A stretch of 17,849 nt of DNA from Pseudobacteriovorax sp. (GTDB lineage: Bacteria > Bdellovibrionota_B > Oligoflexia > Oligoflexales > Oligoflexaceae), in contig JBNKNM010000107.1 of assembly GCA_050293845.1 (NCBI GenBank), forward strand, positions 1 to 17,849, read 5' to 3'. Shown here piece by piece: positions 1 through 9,200 of this stretch. Each line of letters opens with the position of its first letter. Positions within the stretch are counted from its first letter, which is position 1. A model generated the notes under the pieces. It ran no database searches, had not been told where the DNA came from, and saw only the letters and a list, made by a program, of their open reading frames with translations. Both the position numbers and the translations under genes were made by a program.

Positions 1-183
1 CTAGCCTCGGTTGTCCATTGTGATAGTATGATGCTCCTAATAGGTTCCAAATGTCGTAAGATTCGGGATGCTGACGTAGGTAAGCGCGGTAAATCTCTAA
101 TGAGCGACTATAATTTTGTTGCTGAAAAGCTTCATGCCCTTGATCAAGGCCTATATCTGTCGTGGCTATGGCCATCTGACTAG
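1..183 (+). CDS. 3' end of a hypothetical protein (partial, starts upstream of the window)
   Basis: Frame 1 is open from base 1 to TAG at 181-183 (LASVVHCDSMMLL...LYLSWLWPSD*), followed by an AT-rich spacer before 253. No family recognised. Confidence 0.5.
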   Translation, partial: LASVVHCDSMMLLIGSKCRKIRDADVGKRGKSLMSDYNFVAEKLHALDQGLYLSWLWPSD

Positions 184-252
184 AAATAGGAAAAGTGAAA
201 TGCAATATCCAAATGGTAAAATAAATTTTTAGTAGATTTAGGTTCGGATTCA

Positions 253-1083
253 TTGAGTAGTAATAATCTCCAAACAGTTGCAGGGATTCATCTTTCGGGT
301 CCTAATGCCCATAAGACATCAATTGTGATAATGACAGGGGCCCTAGGGGAAGGCAACCTAAAGATTTATCAAGTATTTGAAAAGATAGGTGGAGTTGGCA
401 AGCTTTTTTCAGATGACCGACTTTTTGAAATATTACGACAATTTTATCCTCAGGAGACTTTCATTGACTGCCCTTTAACCGAGCCACCTTGCGTTTCATG
501 CCAGCGTGATGTGTGTCCAGGTGTCGATGCCTGTGAGGATATGGCTGTTGCTTATATGCAATCCATTACTAATAATAAGCTTAAGGGTAGACGACGCAAA
601 CGCCCTATAAATCCACAAACGCAAAGATTATGGGATGTTATACAATGGTCTCAGGATGGATACCATCTTCAAGAACCGAGTTATAGCGCTAATATGGCGC
701 CACTTGTAGTAAGAGCCAAAACTCTCCAGCGCCGTCTAAATGGTCTTGCTCCTCCTATCCAACTCAAAGAAACCCTTGTACCCATCGCCCTACGTCGTAT
801 GGGAAGAGCTGTTGGATTACCCTATGATGTGCTCATTGGGTATAGAGCCTTTGGTGTTGGTCGAAAAAATCGAGAACTAATTGTGGAGCGGCTATATCGT
901 GAAGGTAAAATTTCCCTAAACTGCCTGGAACAGGTAGCTAGTTCCCATGAGAATTTTCATGCCTTCATTGCTGCATTAGTGGCCGCCTATTTTCAAGAAA
1001 GTCGATGCGAAGCTCCTGAAAACTCATTTATGCGCGACCAAGGGTGGGTTTTTCTTCCAGAAGCTGAAGAGAAATTTAGCTAA
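253..1083 (+). CDS. DUF429-like (predicted RNase H-fold nuclease-like) protein with Cys-rich metal-binding insert
   Basis: Motif order matches DUF429: VAGIHLSG (cf. GIDL), FIDCPL (cf. IDAPL), KETLVP (cf. EVYP), ENFHAFIAALVA (cf. DAxxxAxxA), C-terminal GWVFLP. Cys cluster C80-x2-C83-x4-C88-x5-C94. TTG start. Confidence 0.7.
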   Translation: MSSNNLQTVAGIHLSGPNAHKTSIVIMTGALGEGNLKIYQVFEKIGGVGKLFSDDRLFEILRQFYPQETFIDCPLTEPPCVSCQRDVCPGVDACEDMAVAYMQSITNNKLKGRRRKRPINPQTQRLWDVIQWSQDGYHLQEPSYSANMAPLVVRAKTLQRRLNGLAPPIQLKETLVPIALRRMGRAVGLPYDVLIGYRAFGVGRKNRELIVERLYREGKISLNCLEQVASSHENFHAFIAALVAAYFQESRCEAPENSFMRDQGWVFLPEAEEKFS

Positions 1084-1200
1084 TTTATATGTTATTCTAG
1101 CTAGCTATGGTCGTCTTCTGTAATCTAGCTCCGGCGCTCTTCTAAGGGTAGAGGATTATTTTCCGAAAAACGAATGAGGTCGATTCTGAGGAGAAGTCCC

Positions 1201-1932
1201 TTGCGTATTGAAATCTACGGCAATACCAACATTGGTCGCATTAGAAAAAATAACCAAGATAGTATTTATGTGAGTCCTGAACATGGCTTAGTGGTCGTGG
1301 CTGATGGCATTGGAGGAAGAAAAGGTGGCGAGGTCGCCTCAGGCATGGCGGTAAACGGAATGAAAAATGCCTACTTATCCTGTGAAAGTTTGCGCCATGA
1401 AGAAGTTTCGCCATTTTTAATTAAAAGTATAGATGAAGTCAATCAGGCGATCATTAGCCATGGCAAAAGTCATTCAGATTTAGAAGGAATGGCCACTACC
1501 CTGAATTGTATCCTCTATGTGGGTGAAAAAGCGTATATTTGCCATTTAGGTGATAGTCGGACTTATTTGTACTATAAAGGTCAAATGTGGCAGCTGACTT
1601 TTGATCATAATATTGAAAATTATGTCGAACGGGGCTGGCTTCCTGATGAAACATTGATGAACAACTCTAAACCTGGTGCCTTGGTGCGGGCTTTGGGGCT
1701 TGCTGAAGAGTGTGATGTTGATATCTATGAGATTCATTTGAAGCCTGGTGAAATCTTGTTAACTTGTTCAGATGGTCTTACAGGCATGGTGAGCGATCAT
1801 GAAATTAGAAAGTTGATTAAAGCCAATACGCACCAGTTACGGGTTTTACCGAATCTACTTATTGAAGCAGCAAATCGTAACGGGGGAGCTGATAATATAA
1901 CGGTAGCAATTTCAGGAGTATTTAAAGACTGA
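1201..1932 (+). CDS. PP2C-family (Stp1/PrpC-like) Ser/Thr protein phosphatase
   Basis: PPM motifs GRIRKNNQD, VVADGIGG, HLGDSR, QLTFDH, CSDGL, GGADNIT. The ORF track starts at 1174, but the GAGGAG RBS at 1188-1193 favours TTG at 1201. Confidence 0.93.
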   Translation: MRIEIYGNTNIGRIRKNNQDSIYVSPEHGLVVVADGIGGRKGGEVASGMAVNGMKNAYLSCESLRHEEVSPFLIKSIDEVNQAIISHGKSHSDLEGMATTLNCILYVGEKAYICHLGDSRTYLYYKGQMWQLTFDHNIENYVERGWLPDETLMNNSKPGALVRALGLAEECDVDIYEIHLKPGEILLTCSDGLTGMVSDHEIRKLIKANTHQLRVLPNLLIEAANRNGGADNITVAISGVFKD

Positions 1933-3233
1933 TGTCGGAGAAACTCTATCTTATCCGTGTGGATATGGAACGGTTTATAGGACCAGTTACTTTGAAAGAA
2001 GTAAGGGACTCCTATCGCCGTATGGAGTTTGGACTACAGGATGAAATAGCATCTAGCAATAAACCTTGGGTTGCATTTGATGATCTCGAAAGAATTAATC
2101 GTATTTACCCTGAACTAGGTAATCTTATCAAGAAGGAAATGCTGTCTGGATGGGGCAGTACAGAACCTGATGCTAAAATGATTCCTTCCCATGAAAATAT
2201 CGATGCTATGCCTAAGAAATCTATGGGTTTGCTTTTAAAAATTATCGTATTATTAGTGTTACTTTTAGTGGCAACAGGAGCTTTCTTTTTTATTAGAGGT
2301 GATAAGCTACAAGATATCAAATTCATGTTGCAAGAGCCGACCTATTCTAAAGCTAAATTTTATTATGGTGATCGTTATAATGAACAATTTGAAGCTTTCA
2401 TGGAAAAAAATACCCGAGAAATCAATAGGTCAATGAAACGCAAAGGGTATTTTAAAGTATGGTTACCCTACGTTCGTGCTGTAGCATTTTCTAGCGATGG
2501 TGATTGGAAAGGTTTAAGCCATAAGAAATTACGGGGAAAAGATGCTAATCACTCACCTTCAGATTGCTCAGTGGCTACCTGGAAAACGAAATGGGAAAAT
2601 AGTAAGACACAATGGTCGGCATTTTTAGAAGGAAAAAACTTACCCCATCAAGATTGGGCTAAAATATTAGTCTGGGATACGACCTGGATTAAGCAGCGGC
2701 TTAATCATCGCCAATGGCTCTGGCCAAGAAACTACTATGAAGCTTGTTACCTCATGGCAAGAAAGGCACTTAGATTGGCAGTTGATATTGAAAAGAATTT
2801 AGAAGGGAATATATTCGATTCTCGTCTTAAGTGGTCTATCAGTCTTATCAATGATAATGATACTAATGAAGAATTCGAAATGTCAGGAAGTTTATGGTCC
2901 TTATCTTGTATAGAAAGTAGTAATGATGATGATTCCATAGATGAATGCATCCAAAACAAAAATTTCAGTGATGAATGGAATCAGTTATTAGAATATCGAG
3001 CTCGTTTGCGGAAAATAAGAGTCATATTTGCGAACAATTCACGCTTACAAAGTCAGCATCTTGATGATCTGAAAACGAAAATTCAGGGGATAGAACTGAA
3101 GGATAGTTTTACTAAATTCGATTATCGTGATGAGTTTAAATACTTTCAAATGGTTATTCAGGCAAACGGCGATGTTGATCGCACCGATAAAATTTTAAGA
3201 GAAAAGAATAGTACGCTTTACTTTGAATACTGA
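1932..3233 (+). CDS. Single-pass membrane protein with N-terminal GYF_2/DUF4339-like cytoplasmic domain and large extracytoplasmic Trp/Cys-rich domain
   Basis: The N-terminus YLIR..RFIGPVTLKEV....EFGLQDEI....KPW resembles GYF_2-like domains. Hydrophobic helix LLKIIVLLVLLLVATGAFFFI at ~aa 101-121. Start overlaps the phosphatase stop (TGATG, 1930-1934). Confidence 0.65.
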   Translation: MSEKLYLIRVDMERFIGPVTLKEVRDSYRRMEFGLQDEIASSNKPWVAFDDLERINRIYPELGNLIKKEMLSGWGSTEPDAKMIPSHENIDAMPKKSMGLLLKIIVLLVLLLVATGAFFFIRGDKLQDIKFMLQEPTYSKAKFYYGDRYNEQFEAFMEKNTREINRSMKRKGYFKVWLPYVRAVAFSSDGDWKGLSHKKLRGKDANHSPSDCSVATWKTKWENSKTQWSAFLEGKNLPHQDWAKILVWDTTWIKQRLNHRQWLWPRNYYEACYLMARKALRLAVDIEKNLEGNIFDSRLKWSISLINDNDTNEEFEMSGSLWSLSCIESSNDDDSIDECIQNKNFSDEWNQLLEYRARLRKIRVIFANNSRLQSQHLDDLKTKIQGIELKDSFTKFDYRDEFKYFQMVIQANGDVDRTDKILREKNSTLYFEY

Positions 3234-3237
3234 TCAA

Positions 3238-5037
3238 ATGAAAAGAATCGCTCTCGCGCTATGTATCATGATCGCGGATTCTCTAATCTTGGCTCAAGAT
3301 AGAGGGATTTCGTCACAAGTACTGCTGCTCATAGAGCGCAAAAAGTATCTTGCTGCGAGAAAGTTGCTCCAGCATGAATTGAAAAGTAGACCTTTTGATA
3401 CGCAAACCTTGCAATTACTAGGTTATAGTTATTATAAAGAAAAAAGATATAAACTTGCTAAAGATGTCTTTGACCGTGTTGATCCAATAGACCTAAGCAT
3501 CGAGTATGGGTATGCCTGGGGATATACTTATTTAAAGAATAGGGTATGGAAACAAGCTATCTATGGTTTTAAAAAGGTACCCCAAAAAAGTCCTCAGCGC
3601 GCTCAGGCAGCCTATTTTTTAGGGTTTTGTTACTATAAATTAAAGAGATGGTATGTTGCAGAATCTTTTCTAAGGAAGGCGAAATTCCAGGATTCTAAAA
3701 GATCTCAATTGTTTAAAGATAAAAAGCGACGATTAAAGCAGTTAATTCGGAAAAAACGAGACGCTGAGCTAGAAGAAATTTTAGCTAACTCCAGTTCCAA
3801 GACGATAGCCAATAAGGATCAAATTATCGATGTTAGCTCTCTTTTGATTTCTCAGTTTAAAAATGTTGAAGATGATGTAAAGACTGATGATAATGACTTG
3901 CTGGAAACTGCTATAGAAGTGAACCAAATTTCAAGGAGTTTTGACAACCACGATTTAGTTGATGAGCATTTGAATTTAACCGCGACCAGTATATCCTTAG
4001 ACTATGCACGTGTAATACAGCTATCCTCCCTTAAAAAAACTTTTGGAGGGGTGCGCATGAGTCTGGGTTTGGATCAGCTACAGACCGAGTCTACGACGGA
4101 AACTATTTTTAGCCTTGAGCAGACAACGGGAAATTTTGCTCAGCAGGAGCGTAGTATATCCACAGAAAGTTATTTTAAAGTCTATGGACAGCCCTTCATT
4201 ACTATTGGACTCAGCTCCCATCAAACCCTGCAGTTATCTGGTAATTTTATCAATTACCTTCCTCAGGAAGGTGGATTTGCTAGCTGGGGGGGGAGGTATG
4301 GAAAAATTACTTATGGTATCGAATCAGCTCTACTGGATGCTACCCTAACTCTCGGTAGTGGTGAGCAGTTTGATAGGACATTGAAAATTACAACACCCGA
4401 GCAGTCCGCATCCCTAGCTATAAGAAAAGCCTTTACGCAGGCGAATGTTCTTTTTGAAGCTCGACATATAGAAAGGCAAGGAACACCCTATTTTTCCCCA
4501 TCTATTTACCGATCGGTAATAAGCTATAAATACCTAGATCTGATGACAGGTTTTCGTCGGGTGTCTTCCTATAATCTAGCACTTGAGTCCAATTTAGGTG
4601 AGTTTGATATGTTAGTACATTTTCTGATCGTATCGCGCTTGTCTCCCGAGAGTGTGATTACCAGACAATCAAGCACAGAGCTTATCGAGTCGCAGGCTGA
4701 GGGATTCAGCGAATTTGGCCTGACATTAAAATACGCTGTCTTTGCAGGATCTTTTTTGAGATTACAGGGCGTCTTCCGATCGGTGGGCTCCTACTATGAA
4801 GCTTTCACTGATGAAAACGGCAGCATTACCATATTTGAGACCGATGCTCAGCAGACGGGCATCATATTAGGAGGTAATTTTGCTCCTTTTGATTGGCTTA
4901 TGATACGTAGTGATCTCAATCTCACTAGGAACAAATATTTTCCAGTGAATTTTCTTTCCCAAGAAGATTTTAAGAGCGTAGCTCCCGCAGTCATTTATAC
5001 TTCTGTTTTTAGTCTCATTGTGGGCTACGAATTTTAA
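3238..5037 (+). CDS. Exported TPR protein with probable C-terminal outer-membrane beta-barrel
   Basis: Signal-peptide-like MKRIALALCIMIADSLILAQ from ATG 3238 (ORF track starts at 3223). TPR helices LLGYSYYKEKRYKLA, WGYTYLKNRVWKQA, AAYFLGFCYYKLKRWYVA. Alternating beta-strand pattern in the C-terminal half and terminal beta-signal-like LIVGYEF. Confidence 0.7.
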   Translation: MKRIALALCIMIADSLILAQDRGISSQVLLLIERKKYLAARKLLQHELKSRPFDTQTLQLLGYSYYKEKRYKLAKDVFDRVDPIDLSIEYGYAWGYTYLKNRVWKQAIYGFKKVPQKSPQRAQAAYFLGFCYYKLKRWYVAESFLRKAKFQDSKRSQLFKDKKRRLKQLIRKKRDAELEEILANSSSKTIANKDQIIDVSSLLISQFKNVEDDVKTDDNDLLETAIEVNQISRSFDNHDLVDEHLNLTATSISLDYARVIQLSSLKKTFGGVRMSLGLDQLQTESTTETIFSLEQTTGNFAQQERSISTESYFKVYGQPFITIGLSSHQTLQLSGNFINYLPQEGGFASWGGRYGKITYGIESALLDATLTLGSGEQFDRTLKITTPEQSASLAIRKAFTQANVLFEARHIERQGTPYFSPSIYRSVISYKYLDLMTGFRRVSSYNLALESNLGEFDMLVHFLIVSRLSPESVITRQSSTELIESQAEGFSEFGLTLKYAVFAGSFLRLQGVFRSVGSYYEAFTDENGSITIFETDAQQTGIILGGNFAPFDWLMIRSDLNLTRNKYFPVNFLSQEDFKSVAPAVIYTSVFSLIVGYEF

Positions 5038-5210
5038 TCCGAGATGGATCTTGTTGAGCGATATAGTTATTCCCGACCAGTCCGTCATATCTTGAGCTGA
5101 CTTTGATGTCAAAAGCCGCAACTCCCCACTTTCAGAGTCTGTGCCCCTGCATGGCAAAATTATGATCCTTATAAAAAAACATATTTTTCACCAAAAAATC
5201 AGCTTATGAT

Positions 5211-5238
5211 TTGACAAAATATCAGATGCAAATAATCT
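5211..5238 (+). promoter_or_regulatory. Possible sigma70-type promoter upstream of the 5369 lipoprotein gene
   Basis: Perfect TTGACA (5211-5216), 16-nt spacer, TAATCT (5233-5238), with an AT-rich upstream tract. Confidence 0.35.
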
Positions 5239-5368
5239 CCCTCGATTAAGGTCTACTAATTAAACCCCTTTTAGGGTCTAACTTCACAAGATTTTTGTCG
5301 ATAGTTTAACCTTAAAGCCGGATGTTTCGATCTCATAAGGCGATTCACTTCATTAGGAGATTTATAAG

Positions 5369-6109
5369 ATGAACTTTAATGATTTTCTGATCCTTGGATG
5401 GAGCTTGATGATCGGCATCTTGATCACATCCTGCGGAGCTGAGGACAGTGATGATAATGCTGCTACCATGACAGCGGAAATCGAGGTGACGACTGGTACC
5501 GCCCTTAACGTAGGAGTTCTCGCCCTTGATTCTATCGGTGCTGACTCCCTTGGACTAGAATCATCTAGCGGGCTTTTGCTAGCGGATGGCGAAGATAATG
5601 AGACAGCAAGTTCACGAGACGCCCATTGCTCTGACTATGGCAATCCTATGGATGTTAATGGCTCTCGACTCGAACCTTGTGATGACGGATATGCTGAAAC
5701 CGCAATGTATTGTGCCGTAGCCTTTAATACGTATCAGATTAAGAGTCTCAGGAACTATTGATAGCACAGGCGCTTTTTCTACTATAGACGATGTCAGTGC
5801 ATTGAAACTGGAAGGCCGCACTATTGATGAAGGCTGGAGCAGTCTTGTCACCGTGAGCGGTGCACCAAAACAGGTCTTGCGATAAGTCTTTATTACGAAG
5901 ATCCCAATAATGGATTTACTTCAGACGAAACGGGCTGTACCAGTAGCGATTGTTCAGCGACTACAAGAATCACAGCGACCAAAACTCAGATTGATTCTTT
6001 CCAAAAAAATGCGCAAATCGACTTTGCGGCGCATGATAAAGAGGCTGGCATCATTGACTTTTCCAAGGTCGACTTGAGTGGCAATGTCGACTATGATATT
6101 CATCGCTAA
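5369..6109 (+). pseudogene. Disrupted lipoprotein of unknown function
   Basis: RBS AGGAGA and lipobox LITSC. Protein-like sequence continues past the 5761 stop in a second frame (RIRLRVSGTIDSTGAF...VTVSG, ~5730-5865), then returns to the first frame (KTGLAISLYYEDPNNG...DYDIHR*, TAA 6107-6109). Confidence 0.6.
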
Positions 6110-6350
6110 AGCTGGGTTTTAAGGATTTCCAGGTAGGTCTGAGTTCCTACCTAGGTAAAGAAAGCTATCATGGCGACTGGGTAAGATTGCGCTATTAAGG
6201 TCTGGGATATCATCAAGAGAGCTCAGAAGGTTCAGGTGTGGGCAATAACTTAAAAAAAAATATCAAAAGGGGCTTTAGGCTGCATGCTAATGTGAAACGT
6301 CATCAGCCCCTAGTAACAATGTTTTCTAAAATTCTAGTATTATTCTCATT

Positions 6351-8144
6351 TCAGTAACCTTTAATGCAGTGTAAATTTTCTACCACACGTGGCCGGATTT
6401 TTGCTAGAGGCACTAAACCTGCAGCTAGAACTGTATCGTTAAAGCATTTCAACTTGAAGTTTTTACCGTTGTAACTTTTAGATTCTGATTTCATGTCTAA
6501 TAATTTTAACATTCCGTAGTAGTAGGATGTAGCCTGCCCAGGTAATCTAAAAGCGTACCTTTCGTATTCACTCTGTGATTCACCTTCAGAAAGGCCGATG
6601 GATTGATGGACTCTTGAGACTTGCTCATGGCCTATTAATTTAAGATTTATTTTAGGATCTAAGAACATTCTAGAAATCCGAAGGAGCCGCATCTGAAGGC
6701 TCATTAGCTGGGCCTCTGGAGATATATAGGGAAATACGAGATCCTCAGCATAGAGCCCCCAACCTTCTACATTAGCACTATTGAAGGCATAGATGGACCG
6801 AATTAAAGATACCCCATTGTCTAACATTGAGCTAAATTGAAGATCATGACCGGGCCGCCCTTCGTGAGCGGTTAAAGCGACGGCACCACCTAAAAACAGT
6901 AAATTGGGGTCTAGCTCTTCTCCCTTAGAATATGGCAGGATGAATTGAGGTCGCTCCCCACTATTATTTACAAGGGGAGGCAAATCTAGGTGGGGGACTG
7001 GCTCAACTGCGGTTTCAGCCTCAGAAGCTAATCTAATCATGAGAGGTTTTTTGGGGAGTGTTACAAGTTGATGATCGCGAATGATATTTTCCAAAATAAC
7101 ATCAGCCTTATGATAAAGTTCCAATATATCGCTGCTGTTAATCTTATTTTTCTGGGCAAGGGCTTTTATAACCTGGTCAGGTTTTTTGAAGTCGAAGCCA
7201 TGCCGTCTGGCTACAATTTCCGCAACTTTTTCAAAACGAGAAAATTCAAATTTGAAATCTTTTTCGGCTCTTATAATTAGTTGCTCTGGAGAATCAAATA
7301 CACCAAATTGCTTGAGATTGAATACATAAATTTCTTTAGGATCACCTATTTCAGTCCTGGCATTCGGAAGAATATCTTTCTTTACGAAGAAGTCATATTC
7401 CTGTACTTGCTTATCAAATTTTTCAAAGTTTTTTTCCCACCCTCGCAGTTTAGAATTGACAAAAAGTTCTTTTACTCCTTTGACTAACTCTGAACTCTGT
7501 TTTAGGTATTTTTCAACCTGTAGCCTTTTAGGATATAGAATCTTTCCCCTAGCATTTGCTACTTCATAGTTGAAAAACTCAATAGAAGCATCTGAAAGTG
7601 GTTTGTATCTTTCAAAACCATTTACAATTTTATCGAATCTTTCCAGTGCCGCATTCTGTCTAGCATGAGAAGACTGATCATTTAAAAGTTGAAAAATAAG
7701 TGTATAGACAGACTCAGCCACCTTATTAAAGGTAATAATGTTGTATTTTTCATGTAGTTCCTGTTCTTCTAACGCTAATTTGACGCTATCTAATAAAATA
7801 GCAATATCCATTTGCAATTCTTTTGGAAGGCTCTGATTATTAGCTAAAGTTTCGAGCTTTACTTTCCAGGAAACTAAAATTTGCTTTTCTCTTTTAGGAA
7901 CATCCGTTGCAATGGCAGGAGCTTTATCATCAAATTCAGTATATCCGATTAGCGATGCCAAATATGGATTAAACGTCGACAAAGCGATTGTAAAATCTTT
8001 AGCTAATTTATTGGAGTCGTCTATCCAAGCGCGATCACCCGAGGGGGATGTTGACAACGGTTCCACTTTAGAATCTGCACGGAATTTGACACATGCGGAT
8101 CCCGCAAATGCTATAGCAGTCAAAAGAGTAGCGGCTAGTTTCAT
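6351..8144 (-). CDS. DUF885 family lipoprotein (putative zinc metallopeptidase-like)
   Basis: Hallmark AHEGRPGHDLQ, EGWGLYAE and RY...PGQATSYYYG motifs; 597 aa; lipobox-like AGSAC; AAGGA RBS. Confidence 0.9.
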   Translation of the reverse strand: MKLAATLLTAIAFAGSACVKFRADSKVEPLSTSPSGDRAWIDDSNKLAKDFTIALSTFNPYLASLIGYTEFDDKAPAIATDVPKREKQILVSWKVKLETLANNQSLPKELQMDIAILLDSVKLALEEQELHEKYNIITFNKVAESVYTLIFQLLNDQSSHARQNAALERFDKIVNGFERYKPLSDASIEFFNYEVANARGKILYPKRLQVEKYLKQSSELVKGVKELFVNSKLRGWEKNFEKFDKQVQEYDFFVKKDILPNARTEIGDPKEIYVFNLKQFGVFDSPEQLIIRAEKDFKFEFSRFEKVAEIVARRHGFDFKKPDQVIKALAQKNKINSSDILELYHKADVILENIIRDHQLVTLPKKPLMIRLASEAETAVEPVPHLDLPPLVNNSGERPQFILPYSKGEELDPNLLFLGGAVALTAHEGRPGHDLQFSSMLDNGVSLIRSIYAFNSANVEGWGLYAEDLVFPYISPEAQLMSLQMRLLRISRMFLDPKINLKLIGHEQVSRVHQSIGLSEGESQSEYERYAFRLPGQATSYYYGMLKLLDMKSESKSYNGKNFKLKCFNDTVLAAGLVPLAKIRPRVVENLHCIKGY

Positions 8145-8341
8145 AAGTTTTCCTTGTTGTTAGTTGGGAACAGAAAGAATGATAGGACACTTCCCCTTTG
8201 ACGATTAATCTTCAAAGCTCCAATGAGCTGAAAGCCAGCCAAGTTAAAAAGAAGTTAATCTTCCATTATCGATTTATGCATATAGGAATTCTTTCGTTGC
8301 GTCCAGGGGATTTGGGGGGCATTAGGAGGCATGCCTTTATT

Positions 8342-8566
8342 TTTTTATTTGAGCCTGTCCCAGTTGTACGAGGAGTATCGCGCCGGGTGATAAAGCATCT
8401 GCGGAAAGCAGGTCGGTTATCAGAGGACGGGGAAGAAGTTTATATAGGCAACGAAGCAAGTAAAGATTATGGAGCCTTATCCCTAATAAAGAGAGTCACA
8501 GTTTCCAACCAGATTACCCTAGGACTAAAGGTAAATAGGATTGGCAGCGGTTTACCCACAGGATAG
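8342..8566 (+). mobile_element. Degenerate internal fragment of an IS91/ISCR-like (Y2) transposase
   Basis: FEPVP..VVRGVSRRVIKHLRKAGRLSEDGEE...TVSNQITLG-LKVNRIGSG resembles the IS91-like segment (RRVxRxLxxxGxL...ASVxxRIAxGxRAGxKVRRIG) with internal deletions. No HUH or Tyr motifs remain. Confidence 0.5.
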
Positions 8567-8771
8567 CGATAGCTTTAGAGCTCCCTCTGCAAGTCATCAA
8601 AAAAAGGCATAGCAGTACCTTTTAACTAATCGAAATTAGATATGCCAAAATATTTAAAATCAATCTTGGCATAATACAAACTTAACAATTCAACAGCTTA
8701 ATACTGCAAGCAAAAAACATCTTCTAAGGCGAGAGATTATAGAATGGTTTCGGTCCATATAACTTGACCCC

Positions 8772-9192
8772 AAGAACTTTTTGTTCGTGCAATCGGACCT
8801 TGGCGGTGAGGCCTTGGCAGGCTTTTATAGCCTTATTATGACCTGCGAACTCCATGGCATTAATCCTCAAGACTACCTTGCTGATATTCTTGTTCGACTT
8901 GCAAATGGCCACCCCAAATTCTGACATCGATTCCCTGCTCCCTTGGAATTGGAAGGATGATCTTTCACGCCTCAAGGTCTCTGCTACAGATGAATATATT
9001 GAGCAGGATTACCCTATAGATCAGTTGATCATAAAGCTTGACTTTAAGGGTAAAGTATATTTCGATGACATATGCCAAGCTCCGCCCCAGATAACAGGAG
9101 TTTCGGAGTTGGCAGCCTTATCACCCTGATCTTTGAAAATTTAGTAGAATTTGGGCTAGGAAAATACCTGGCCGTGGTGGGGTGCGCCTTGC
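8772..9192 (+). mobile_element. tnpC: IS66 remnant: frameshifted 3' end of tnpC plus putative right inverted repeat
   Basis: From 8772: KNFLFVQSDLGGEALAGFYSLIMTCELHGINPQDYLADILVRLANGHP, then a frameshift in CCCCAAA (8912-8918) to NSDIDSLLPWNW, the IS66 TnpC C-terminal signature. Stop at 9129. The reverse complement of 9171-9192, GCAAGGCGCACCCCACCACGGC, resembles the GTAAG... IS66 terminus. Confidence 0.85.
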
Positions 9193-9200
9193 GATATTAG

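Noticed and set aside
1546..4348. Short ORFs 1546-1737, 2105-2326, 2747-2959 and 4115-4348
   Set aside because: Antisense or alternate-frame shadows inside well-supported genes, with no motifs.
4867..5157. Minus-strand 96-aa ORF overlapping the TPR gene end
   Set aside because: Mostly antisense to a real gene. The non-overlapping part matches nothing I recognise, though it could be another relic.
6131..6311. Hairpins AGGTAGG/CCTACCT and AGGGGCT/AGCCCCT between convergent genes
   Set aside because: Short stems or long loops with no clear U-tract; not enough to call a terminator or ncRNA.
7068..8163. Plus-strand ORFs opposite DUF885
   Set aside because: Antisense shadows.
8198..9129. ORFs 8198-8566, 8724-8975 and 8854-9129 as genuine genes
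   Set aside because: Better explained as read-through or antisense frames of the IS91-like and IS66 relics.
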